Shown here one piece after another: positions 10,901 to 22,690 of a stretch of 64,000 bases of DNA. Position numbers and translations under genes: made by a program. This stretch comes from Callorhinchus milii (Eukaryota). Every line of letters starts with the position of its first letter. Position 1 is the first letter of the stretch. Location: the NCBI RefSeq assembly GCF_018977255.1, contig NW_024704743.1:94056001-94120000 (forward strand), written 5' to 3'. Below the pieces are notes generated by a model. The model worked only from the letters and a program-made list of their open reading frames with translations, did not search any database and was not told the origin of the DNA.

Positions 10901-13900
10901 CCACTATGATGTCTCCCATCCTTCCCCCTCCACCCTCCCCTTTTGGGTTATGTTTCTGAACTTATTTCTTATGGGATATAGTACACAGGTAGTTTGGGAC
11001 ATATGTGCATGCGACTGCCAGGAAGGTGAACTAGGTGGACCTTGGTCTTTTTTTGGCTAGTATTTCTTATGTTCTTGTAGAGTACGTGGAGCTTTTCTAT
11101 TTAGATGTGCACATGTGTCAGTCTGGCTGTTGTTAACACTCTCACCTCTGCGGCAGGAGGTTGTGGGTTTGAACCACAGATTAGGGTTTGAGTTCTTAAT
11201 TTAGTCTTACATTCCAGTGCATACTGTGAAAATGCTCCTTTGCTGAAAGTGCCATAATAATAATCCTTGTATTTGATATAGCGCCTCATCATGTCGTTCA
11301 GATGTCTCAAAGCAGTTATATACTGTAAAGTGAATTGATTGATTATTTTGTGGGCGAAATGCAGCAGCTAATTGAGCACAGCAGTGTCTCACAAACAGTT
11401 GTGCTATGGTGAGAGCAACCATCTTAGATTTGCCTCCATAACACAGTTCCTGCAATCGTTGCATGAAACTCATTAAGATATTTTGGAGTGATAACAAAAA
11501 CAAGAAGATTGCATTTGTATAGCGCCTTTCACGTCGGGAGGACATCCCAAGGCGCTTGAATTAAGTGCAAGTACTTATTGCCTCATTGCACCAACTTGGG
11601 ATTTCTGCTGCCTCCTCGTTCAAACGTGAACAAAGCCTAATGTGAATCAAAAACAACAACTGGCTCTTATACAGAACCTTCCACGTAGATGAGCATTTCA
11701 AATGCTTGACAGTATTTACTAGGCGAAGCATATTACTTTCATGACTATCAGTACTCTCTTCCAAGGGCAATATCCCTTTGAATGACAACAACAACCAACA
11801 AAATTACATTTGTATAGTGCTTTTCATGTCGGGAGGACGTCCTAAAGCGCTGGAAAATCAGTGTTTCAGACCTGAGCTGGGGGTCTTGAAGGAGGTATCG
11901 GAGGGGGCGAAGTGGAAGTACTGCAGGAGTTCCAGAGTGGAAGAAGGCCTGCCCACCAATGGTGGGGTGGGCGAGACGGGGGATGTGAAGCAGTGCACCT
12001 TTGGATGGTGATGCTGTCAGTGTGGCGGTGCTGAAAGAAGCCAATCAGGAGAGCCTATTATTCATTTTTAACCATAGACTGATTTACTCAGAATACTGAA
12101 CATCCCTGAATCAGGTCATCAACAATCCCAAAAAGCTGTGTAAAAGAGAAACTTGTCCACATGAGAAGTGAGAAACACAAACTTAAACTCTGTGCAGAAA
12201 AATACTTGAGTAACTCCAATAATTCCACTTAGTGATATACGAAGTGAACATGAGTACTACACTTAGGGTTGTTTACAGAACAATACTTGGCTCTGAAGTT
12301 CGGTGCCTAAGGAACAAAATCATTTGTAGCAAATAGACGATTTGGTAATATGTTCAGGGAATAGGTAGTAAACAAGTCGAATCTAACTAAAGTAATATGT
12401 AGTTGATCCAAGTTTGTAAACGAATTTGATCACATGAGAGTTGTTTTCTGAATCTGGGAAAGGCTTCAGTGATGCGTGTCCTCACTGGGCTGCCAAGCTT
12501 GGCAGACACTGACCTCTCTGGAGAGCCTTGTTGTTATTGGTGGCCCCACATCCACCCACTTTAGTAGTGTTTCTTTTTAATAGTGCACATGTTTGAAACC
12601 GTTCTCATTCTGAAAAGATCCAATTTTATTTATTTTTTACAATCTTCTGTGCAATGCTATTCTTGACCATTTCAGCAGCACTGCTCTCCGAATCTTTCTG
12701 AATCTTTAATGTTTAAAATCCGACCTGTACTAAAGTCTGGCCTTGGAATCTAACTGACGATAGCTTCAAGATGCTCATTCTAGGCGAAAGGCGTTCTCAC
12801 AAGTGCAAGTAATTGTGGTATACAAAGCACCGCCACACTGACAGCATGACATATCCTGAAAATGTGCAAAATCTAGGCAAAACATTGGACTCTGCAGAGG
12901 CCACAATAAACATTTTCAGCAGACAAGAACATGGCAAGATTTGCCGGGAAGGTGTTGAGATCTTTTCACCTCTCCCTTGTTCAGCATTCCACCTATCTTT
13001 GTGAAGTGCTCTGAGACACTATCCTACCTGAAGGTGCTAAAGAAATGCAAGTTGTTATTGCAATATTTAGAAAGCAAGGATAATTATTTGAGGGAAAATA
13101 ATATTAAAGATTATGGATAAAAGCAGGGGAATGAGATTAGAGTGATCTTTGGATGTAATATAGCACCTATAACATCAACGTGCTTCACAGGAAATTGCCG
13201 TAAGATGTAGTTACTGTGCATTTCTAGGTAAATGGAGTAGGCAATAAATGGACAGCAATGCCCCACAAACGTAAATGAAGTGAACGAACAATTTATCTGG
13301 CAGATTGTTGGCCAAGAGAAACTCTCTTTTGCGATGGTATAATAAAATCTTTAACCTCCACCTGAACAGAACAGGCAGACAGGGCCTCAGTCTCAAAGAC
13401 AACTCATCTGAAGGGCAGCACTTTGACAATACAGCGCTTCCCTTGAAGTGCATTCAGATGTTAGCCTTGACTGTTGGCTGAAAGTATCGACATGAGGCTT
13501 GAACCCACAATTTCCGGACCCAGACTTGAGAGTCTACTGAGTCAGGCTAACATATATACATAGCTTCAGTGGGGTAGCAAACGTAGACGGTGATGGACTA
13601 GATATGGGCTGTAAATTTTCTTTGAAGTTTTTGTGTGCAGATGACAACTAGCAACATTATGCAATTTGGGGTTTGTTATTGCTAACAACATAGCACTGCA
13701 CTAGTTAAAATGTGAAGGTTCAACTATATTTAATGAAATTCTGTACTTTGCCATTTGTATTTTAGCATTGATTTGGCTTCAGATCCAATGCATGATGCAA
13801 ATAGGATTGGAATGAGGTACAATTTGAGCTCTTATTAGAATGGGCAGTTGCGTTTTTGATTTCTTTCAGCTAAGAACCGTGCTCAACGCAAAGTAAAAAC

Positions 13901-14149
13901 AAAGCTTGGCTTAGTCTGAAAAGCTCTCATTGTTGTATTTTTGTCAGAAGTCCTGCTGTTGGGAGGATTACATCCAGATTTGGGAGTAAAAAAAGAGTAA
14001 TGATTAATACATGAGAATTTATTCGAAAGAGGTTTTGAGTTTATCTCATTTTGGGGATATTACGGTCCATAATTCGCCACGTACCAGAATGAAAAAACTC
14101 ACATAAACATTCATCTCCTGCATCACCTGAACGGGCCTCAGTTTGTACT

Positions 14150-14510
14150 GTAGAATCCTCACCTCTTGAATTACAGGGTTGTGGGTTTTCGCCCCATGTC
14201 GGGATGTTGATTCATAATAGTATAGGCTGGCGTTATTGTGGGGGGACTTCAGCATTGTTGAAGGTACCATCTTTGAATGAGAAGTTAAACAGAAGTCCCA
14301 TCTGCTTTTTGGGTGGACATTGGATTGTCAGATCCCATGGCACTATTCAAAAAGAGAAGGGAGTTTCTCCTGGTGACCTGCCCAACAAGCCTTTACGGCT
14401 ATTTGTGGAAGACTGCTGTGTTCACATTGGCTGCCAAGTTCGCCTACAAAATAGTCACAGTATATCTTGTAAAGCGCTTATGACGTGAAAGGCGCAATAT
14501 CAAAGGGATT
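14150..14510 (+). mobile_element. Old DeuSINE-like element; related remnants at about 13150-13550(-), 27430-27710(-), 35290-35630(-), 49530-49850(+), 57050-57400(-), 59920-60110(-)
   Basis: gatgagaagttaaac...gatcccatggcactatt...gaagggagtt.ctcc...cct.gcccaac resembles the Deu domain as I recall it from AmnSINE1/SacSINE1. Confidence 0.6.
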
Positions 14511-15737
14511 ATTTAATATGTTCTTACATGTTGCAGCACTTAATTTAGGAAACCAAAGACTTAAGTATGCATTTGCCTGGCAGAAATTATTTATTGCAGT
14601 GAAAAATGCGACGTTTCATAATAGTATTACTTACTGGGCCTAAATTTGTCACGTTGTTCAACGGAACCACATTGCCAGGACTTGAACTAACAATCTTACA
14701 TGACATTCCTTTCCAGCACTGACTGAGTTCTGCATGTTTAGAGCTTCTTTCCCTCTGATAGGAAGTTACACCAAGGTCTTGCCTGCCTGCTCTGGTGATT
14801 GAGATGGTTGTTATTGATCCCATGGCAGTATTTCCAAGGGGAGCAAGGAGTTCTGCCATTCATTGCTCTGCCCAGTAATCCACCCTCAGTCGAATTTACC
14901 AAAAGCATAATAGGTCATTTCATCTCAACTCATTTGTGGACCCTGCAGGTGCAGATTAATTTTCAATTTGCTGAGGCTCAGTATCAAATGCAGGCATTAT
15001 TATTGTACTGTGATCCTGCCAAACCTGCAAAAAAATGAATGGCCTCCAATTTCATGTTGTTATGGTTGCGTAGGTTGGTGGAGGGAGGGAGGAGAGATAA
15101 ATAATAGCCATGTAGAATCCAGTCGCTTCCTCACAGGTGAGAACGCCAGGAAAACAACCATCGCACATTGTACTTGTGCAGCTCCCAGTGGCCAATTCCG
15201 AATGACAGTGGTCTACACAGAGAGTTGTGGAATGCACTGCTTGAGAAGCCAATGGATTCAGAATTGATTGTGGGACAGATTCAGGGGAAGTAAGAGATGT
15301 GGAGAAAAGACTTGGAAATGGGATTAAAACATCTGCCATAATCTAATAAAATGGTGTAACAGGCTTGATGGGCTGAAGGCTGCAGTAGATAGGCAGTGAC
15401 AAAAAATAACTTTAACAGAAGTCTCATTGTTTAAAAAAAATCACCCAATGTTTTATGTTTTTAATCATCAGAGACTCCAGCATTAATATTGTTGCACCAT
15501 TCTTTCATTATAAAGGGAGCTACTTGAACCATTGTGCTGTACTGGCTTTCCACTGGAGCCATCTTCTCCCATTACTGTCAATGGCTGCAATTTGTATTCT
15601 GAAGTTCATTGCTCTGTGTTTGTGTTTCTAGCAATAGTGTCTTAAAGTTCATATCTGACCACAGACATTAATCTTATTCTGAGGCGCATTGCAACCGGCA
15701 ATGTGTGTGTGACAAGCTGAGGATGACCTTTATGTAG

Positions 15738-16080
15738 AGTGCTGTAGCTCAATGGTTAGAGCAATCGCCTCGCAAGCACAAGACCTGGGTTCAATTCCCA
15801 GGACGGCGAAACGTTGGGCAAGTTTCCTTATTCCACACTCCTCTGTTTATCTAGCAGTAAGTTGTTACTGCTTGTTGTTAGTCGATTGGTGGATTGATTT
15901 TCCGGTGGTAATAATGCTTAAAAAATAATAAATTGGTCACTCAATCCACAGCTGTTTGTGGGACACTGCTGTGCACAATATACAGTCAATTCACTTTACA
16001 GTATATTATGTAAAGCACTTTGAGACATCTCGAAGACGTGTTAAGGCGTTATATTAAGTACAAGGATTATTATTATTATT
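15738..16080 (+). mobile_element. tRNA-derived SINE with an L2-like 3' tail, full length
   Basis: A box tagctcaatggttagagc, B box ggttcaattccc, tRNA(Ala)-like head, (ATT)n tail. Many related copies in the window. Confidence 0.85.
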
Positions 16081-16190
16081 CATCTGAACGGCTTTTCCTT
16101 ATCCCTGAATCTTGTGTTTTCATTTGTAATTTAATTATTCAGAGCTGAGTGTGCCAACAAATTGCACAATACTTACCTGTTCCAATGATG

Positions 16191-17325
16191 CAACAACAAC
16201 AACAACAACAAGATTCCATTTATAGAGCACCTTTCACGTCGGGAGGACGTCCCAAGGCGCTGGACAGTTGGGTCAGGACCCGAGCAGGGGGGAAATGGTC
16301 AGGGTGACGGGAGGGAGTGAGGAGGGGGTAGAGAGTCGAGAGGGGAGCTGAAGGCTCGGTCAAAGAGAAAGGTCTTGAGACCAGCATTGAAGGAAGAAAG
16401 GGAGGAGGTAAGGCAAAGGCACTGGGGAATACAGTTCCAGAGCACAGGGGCTGAGAGGCTGAAGGCCCGGCCACCGATGGTAGGGCGGTTGGGGCGGGGG
16501 ATGTGGAGCAGACCGGAGCCAGAGGAACGGAGGGTACGGGCAGGTAGGTAGGGGGATAGTAGGTCAGAGAGGTAGGAGGGAGCAAGGCCGTGAATGGCCT
16601 TGTAGGTGAGGATGAGGATCTTGAATTCGATCCTCTGGGGGATGGGGAGCCAGTGGAGGCGAGCGAGGGTGGGAGTGATGTGGTCCCGAAGCCTGGTGCG
16701 GGACAGTACACGAGCTGCAGAGTTCTGAATGACCTGCAGCTTGTGGAGGGAGGTGCGGGAAGGCCGGCGAGGAGAGAGTTCCCATAGTCCAGCCTTGAGG
16801 TGATAAAGGCGTGGACCAGAGTTTCAGCAGCGTGAGGGGTGAGGTAGTGCCGTAGTCTGGCGACATTCCGGAGGTGATGGAAGGCGGTGCCAGTTGTGGT
16901 GCGGATATGAGGGAGAAAGGACAGCTCAGGGTCGAACAGAACCCCGAGGTTCCTGACTGGCTTTGAGAGGTGGAGAGTGCAGCCTTGGATGCTGATGCTG
17001 TCAGCGCCTGAGGTGCGGAGGCGCTGACGTGAGCCAATCAGGAGGGCCTCAGTTTTACGCACATTGAGCTGAAGAAAGTTGTCTCTCGTCCAGGACTCGA
17101 TGTCGGACAGGCAGCTGTCAGGACATCGGTGGTCGTGGAGTTGAGGGTAGAAGAGGAAAGGTAGAGTTGGGTGTCATCCGCATACATGTGGAAGTTAACC
17201 CCATGTCTGCGGATGATGTCACCAAGGGGGAGCATATAGAGGGTGAAGAGGAGGGGACCGAGGAGAGAGCCCTGAGGGACACCGCACGAGACAGTGTGGG
17301 GGGTGGAGGAAAAACCATTCGTGGA
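16191..17325 (-). mobile_element. Young L2-clade LINE, 5'-truncated (RT C-terminal part plus 3' tail)
   Basis: [17 protein letters not shown] and SRLDYGNSLL motifs; 3' stem-loop and (TTG)n tail. Confidence 0.92.
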
Positions 17326-18569
17326 TGCAGCTGGTAAAGGTTAGTGCTTTGTTTTGAGATTTGGATTTATGCATTCAGCCATTCTGCACCCCTTCTCTGG
17401 AACTCCATGCCAAAACACAAGATCACTTTGGATGAAGAAGGTGTTCTAATCTCATCCCTCCAGAAAACCTACACTACCTTCCATCTTCCCATCACAGCAT
17501 CAAGCTGCCATTTAAATGAGTTCTGGCAACCTGTCACAGTAGCTCATTACCGTCTGGGTAAACAAAAACTTCCTGTTCTGAAATTGCCCTTTGCAACTCT
17601 AACCTATATCTTCTTGTTCTGCTGTCTTGGTGCATCCTAAAGAATTGCCCTCTCTGACTTGTTTCCTCCCTCCCCTCATCTAAGGCCCATCTCAAGATGT
17701 ATCTCTATGACTGTGCTTTCGGTCATCTTTCCTCTCCCATCGCCAGCTCAGGTGCCCAGTGTCAACCACTTTGACATATGTTCCTGATGTGAAAGGTGCT
17801 ATATATATGTAAGTTATATTGTATTGTACCACCCAGTGCACATATTTTGAGTTTATCGCACGCAGCGATGGTGCAGTTGGGGGAAGTTGTCTTGTTGGGA
17901 CAAAATATCGATTTTAAAGTTTGTTCATCTTTCACACAAATGAAAATTTGGAAATTACCCTTAGAAACCACCAATACCTTACAATCATAACTCTGTTGAC
18001 CAGATGATGTGATGGGAATTTGGGGAATAAACAGAGTGAGTCTCCCTGAGGCTGAACTGCCTCTGAGGAAATATGCTTACAAAAGTTCAGTAGTTTTGTA
18101 GTAACCCAGGAAAGCTCAGAGGTCTAGATATATCATCAACTCTGAAGGTCAAAGCTCTCACTAGTAGGTGTCCTTTCTGAACAACTATTGTGCCTTGTGG
18201 ATATCTGTGTGCTGTGATCATGGATTATTTGTACAGTCTCAGAACTGCCTTCTTTAGAACAAATATGTTTTCACTGCCGTGAAAGCTGCTTCTGAACTTC
18301 AGGGAGAATATTGGGGAGATCAGTATTCAGGCAAAGTGCAAGTACTCAGTCCACTATATCAATCAGTTGAGCTTAGCTCCAGAGCAAAGCTCTAACTACA
18401 GATAGACAAGGAGAGCAATAACCGACTGAGACCTGGGTAACTGGGCGTCTCCTGTGACTATGACAGGTGCTGCTACATGCTAAACTTACTGTGATACAAT
18501 GCAAATTTTGGTAAGGTGACTTAACAATAACAGCTGGTTCTTCTCTTACTACAAATGTCTGGAAATGAT

Positions 18570-18897
18570 TGTGCCTCAGTGGTTAGAGCACTCGCCTGGG
18601 GTTGATTCCCGGCAGGGCGAAACGTTGGGCAAGTTTCCTTACTCCACACGCCTCTGTTTACCTGGCAGTAAGTAGGAACCCGGTTGTTAGTCGGTTGGCA
18701 ATCGCTTTTCAAAAAATAATAATAAATTGGTCACTCAATCCACGACTGTTGTGGGACACTGCTGCCATGCAATTGGCTGCCGTGTTTTGCCCCACAAAAT
18801 ATACAGTCAATTCACTTTACCGCATATTCTGTGAAGCGCTTTAGATGTCTTGAATACGTGATAAGGCGCTACATCAAATGCAAGGATTATTATTATT
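18570..18897 (+). mobile_element. Same SINE family
   Basis: Partial tRNA head, shared body and (ATT)n tail. Confidence 0.8.
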
Positions 18898-20994
18898 AAA
18901 CTTACCACAAGGTACAGGCTGCAGCAATCCCCCAAAACAATTCAGTGCTTAAACTCATCCCAACTATTTAGTTCTGTATATTAGGAACATAAGAGTGTGT
19001 AAGATGCTAAAAAAAAATGGAGATTCTCTATATGTAGGTTAAGATATTGCAGAGTATAACAAGAGAATTGTACCTTAAATGTTTCCATTCACCAATTGCA
19101 ATGCCTCTTCGTGGTCACACGGTGGCGCCACCTGGTCACATAAACACCCACCTGGAGTCGTGACTCCTGACATGTTTGCAGGTGAAATTTGTTCCACCAC
19201 AAAATTCATTTAGGAAAATCCCAGATTTCTCAATTTGCATTTGCACAACTGAAGCTGCCAACGCCTCCCACGTCCAGAACGTGGAAAGGGGAGCAGTAAA
19301 ATTGTCCCAAAGCTGAGATACCAACCAAAGAAACGCTTGTAACAACCGCAGCTAATATTCTTCAGCAGTTAATATAAAAACGATTTATATAAACTAGATC
19401 CACATGGGTTTAAATATAATAGAAGCCTTCAACTGGGTGCAATTTGTACGCCTCCAAATAAAAGTGCTTTTTGCAAAGGTGTTCTATAATGTATTTTTTT
19501 AAATGTAAAGTATTTACAGCAGGGAGGGGAATGGGACTATTAGGAGACAATGTCAATGATAATTAAATAAATTCAGGGGAGGTGAGAGACAGCTTGTCTT
19601 GGCCCCTCTCTGACCATCTTCAAATCATACCTGAAGACCTTCCTCTGTGACTGGCTTTGGTCACCTCCTCTCCCTTTCCAGCTCGGCATTGAGCCACATC
19701 GCTGAGAAACGCACCAGCCATGAAGAGCTCTTATAGAAATGTGTAAGGCAACATTGGCAAACATCACAATTAATCACATGTTAAAACTTAAGTCAACGAT
19801 CTCCCCCTTTTTATGAGTGACACTTGCCAGGTGTGTTGAAGTTAACTCCCTGTGTGTGTGTGTGTGTGTTTATGCTGACACCAGGTTGTCCCTAATGCCG
19901 TGAATGCAACTGAATGCTTAAGATTCAAAATGTTTAATCCACTTGTCACCAATGTTCAGGATGTCAACAGTTTTATTCCAATTTATTTCCGTAGTGAAGG
20001 AAAAGCTTTTGCAATTTGCTCACAATCCCTACCCCACCCCCCCCCCCACACCCCCCCCACACACACATGACAGACGTGTTAGGTTTGATCAAGGGCGAAT
20101 GCTATTTGGGGGAAGAGTTTGGAGGTCGGAAATTTTAAGGCTGTAACTCTTATGCTTGTCTGACGTTGCAAATCATATTGCAAATGTCTTGGTGTTTCGA
20201 GCAGAAGATTAAAATGTAACAGGATACTTTTTTTTGCTTGAATTCGTGCGATGTGTACAGGAGAAAGGTTCCCCCTCCACACGTTAACCCAAGATTCCTG
20301 CTACCAACAAGCAAATTAAACTCCCTTTTATATAATTTGTTTTGAAAAAAATGCTGGTCTTTGGAGATCTTTGGACGCGATTGTTTTTGAAAAGAGTTGT
20401 GGCTCTTACTCTGGAAAACAAATGGTTTAATCACATTTGAGGCACGAAAAACTCATTGATACTCAAGAGAATCAACTCATTCGGTCACAACTGCAACATT
20501 GAACTCTTTTAAGGCTTTTTTAAATCTATATCTATTGCACATCTATTGCTAAATCACTAAATCTATTGCACATGGCATTTAAAGAGAATAAAGGTATATG
20601 TAAACACACACACACACATATATATATATACGTTTATTCCCAGAACTCTTCAGATATCGTTTATTCTCTTTAAACGCCATGTGTAGATACCATCCATGTA
20701 CATATGGCATTTAGTGAATTTTCCTTTGCTGTCACTATTTAATGCAATGTATCTTTATGTGCAATAGATTTAGTACATTCCCCAACTGACATGTACACAT
20801 GGGATATTAAACAGGAACAGTGGTATCCTCTCGCTTTTATTCACCGATACATAATGTCAGTGGATTACCAACTGCATGTTTTACAGTAAAGGTTATCACG
20901 TTTTTAAAAAAGCCTTAAAACAGTGCAGTGTTGTCGTTGTGACCGAGATATTGTGGTTGACTTGAGTACCAAATAGGATCCTGACCCGACTTAA

Positions 20995-22012
20995 AGCCCC
21001 CCTCCCCCCCCCCCCCCCTGTGTGCAGACTGTGTGCAGACTCCCTCACAGGCTCCACTCTTCCGGGAAGGTTCATGGCTCAACTTTTTTGAGATTATCGT
21101 GTTGGAAACGATCAATGTTCAGAGTCAGTGACATGTCAACACCAGCCCAGAACCCCCCCCCCATCACCCCCCCCCCCCCCACCCCCCCCCACCACCCCCC
21201 TCCCCACCCCAACCCCCCCCCCCACCCCCCTCCCCCACCCCAACCCCCCCCCCACCACCCCCTCCCCCACCCCAACCACCCCCCACCACCCCCCTCCCCC
21301 ACCCCAACCCCAACCCCCCCCACCACCCCCACCCCCAGCTATAAGGTGGTCACTGCTCCTGATGTGCTGGGTGTGGGGACCTGACCATGACAGTGACCTG
21401 GGCGGCCACACACCCCCCACCCCCACACAGCCTTCCCCCCCCACCCCCACACAGCCTCCCCCCCCCACCCCCACACAGCCTCCCCCCCCACACCCTCTTT
21501 ACTTTTGCTTCACTCCCCCCCCCCCCCCCCCCGGGCTTAACCCTCTCTCTGCTGCTGTACTTTTTTTTGGAGGGTGAAAGTGGGTAAACTCCATGGGGAG
21601 GGAGTGGAGGGGAGGTCTTCTCTTCCCCCCACTCTCTCTCTCCCCCCCCACTCTCTCCCCCCCCCCCCCCCCCCACTCTCTCTCTCTCCCCCCCCCCACC
21701 CCCACCTCTCAGGAGAGCGCTGTGGGAGTGAAAGGGTCCTGGTGTCAGTCTGTACCTGTTCAGGTGTGTCCCAGCCCCGAGCTGCTGGGCTTTGCTCTCT
21801 CTGCTGGGGGGAGGGGAGGAGGTGGGGGGGGGGGGAGGTTGTGCTGGTGGGGGGGGGGGAGGTTGTGCTGGTGGTGGGGGGGGGGAGCCTGGTCAGCGGG
21901 AGGGGAGGAGGGGGCGGCTCCCTCCCGCTTAATTGCCAACCAAGAGTGTGTGGGAGGGAGTGTGTGAGGGAGGGAGGAGGGAGTGTGTGAGGGAGGGAGG
22001 GGGCAGTGGGGA
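20995..22012. repeat. Low-complexity C-rich then G-rich tract with short tandem repeats upstream of CEBPD
   Basis: Poly-C runs at about 21150-21705, three ~26-bp ccccacacagcct units at about 21410-21493, G runs at about 21805-22012. Confidence 0.85.
21061..21069. promoter_or_regulatory. STAT (GAS) site TTCCGGGAA; second site TTCCCAGAA at 20637-20645
   Basis: Exact TTCN3GAA consensus upstream of CEBPD, an established STAT3 target in mammals. Confidence 0.45.
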
Positions 22013-22016
22013 CGGG

Positions 22017-22024
22017 TATAAAAG
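22017..22024 (+). promoter_or_regulatory. TATA box (TATAAAAG), probable CEBPD core promoter
   Basis: Canonical TATAAAAG in GC-rich context, preceded by GGGGCGG/GGGAGG Sp/KLF-type boxes. About 670 nt upstream of the ATG. Confidence 0.65.
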
Positions 22025-22329
22025 CAGCGGCGGCGCCACCAGCAGCTCAGAGGAAGGACCTTGAGCCTAACATCAAGTGGAGCAGTGACTGATATTATAA
22101 TTATTATTATTATTATCATTATACAGTGCGTCTGCGTAAAAAATATATATAATAATATTAACCCCGAGCGGCTCACAAGCTGTCCTGCTGCTGGGAGTCA
22201 CTGCATCTCCTGCCACTGAGCGAGTGGGTGAGTGAGTGAGTGTGAGAGGAGGGGCATCGCTTTGCACGTCGAAAGAAAAAGCAGCAGCAAAAGAGTGAGG
22301 AGTTTCTCAGTCACTTTATCTGGAGTCTC

Positions 22330-22646
22330 CAGCACCAGCAACACCAACACCAGCAGCACCACCAACACCAGCACCAGCAACACCAACAGCAGCACCAACA
22401 CCAGCAGCAACAGAACCACCAACACCAGCAGCAACAGAACCACCAACACCAGCAGCAACAGAACCACCAACACCAGCAGCAACAGAACCACCACCACCAA
22501 CAGCACCAACACCAGCAGCAGCAACACCACCAACACCAACAGCAGCACCACCACCAGCAGCAGCAGCAGCAACACCACCAACAGCAGCACCACCAGCAGC
22601 ACCAGCAGCAGCAACACCACCAACACCACCAGCAGCAGCAGCAGCA
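22330..22646 (+). repeat. Compound CAG/CAC/CAA trinucleotide repeat in the putative CEBPD leader, including about 4 copies of a 24-bp unit
   Basis: Seen directly; 24-bp unit accaccaacaccagcagcaacaga. Confidence 0.9.
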
Positions 22647-22690
22647 CAGGTTGTGGTTGTTGTTGCTCTCTCTCCCGCCCCGACCTGTTC

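Noticed and set aside
21022..22176. Many Pro-rich and Gly-rich ORFs
   Set aside because: By-products of poly-C and poly-G low complexity; no domain or splice support.
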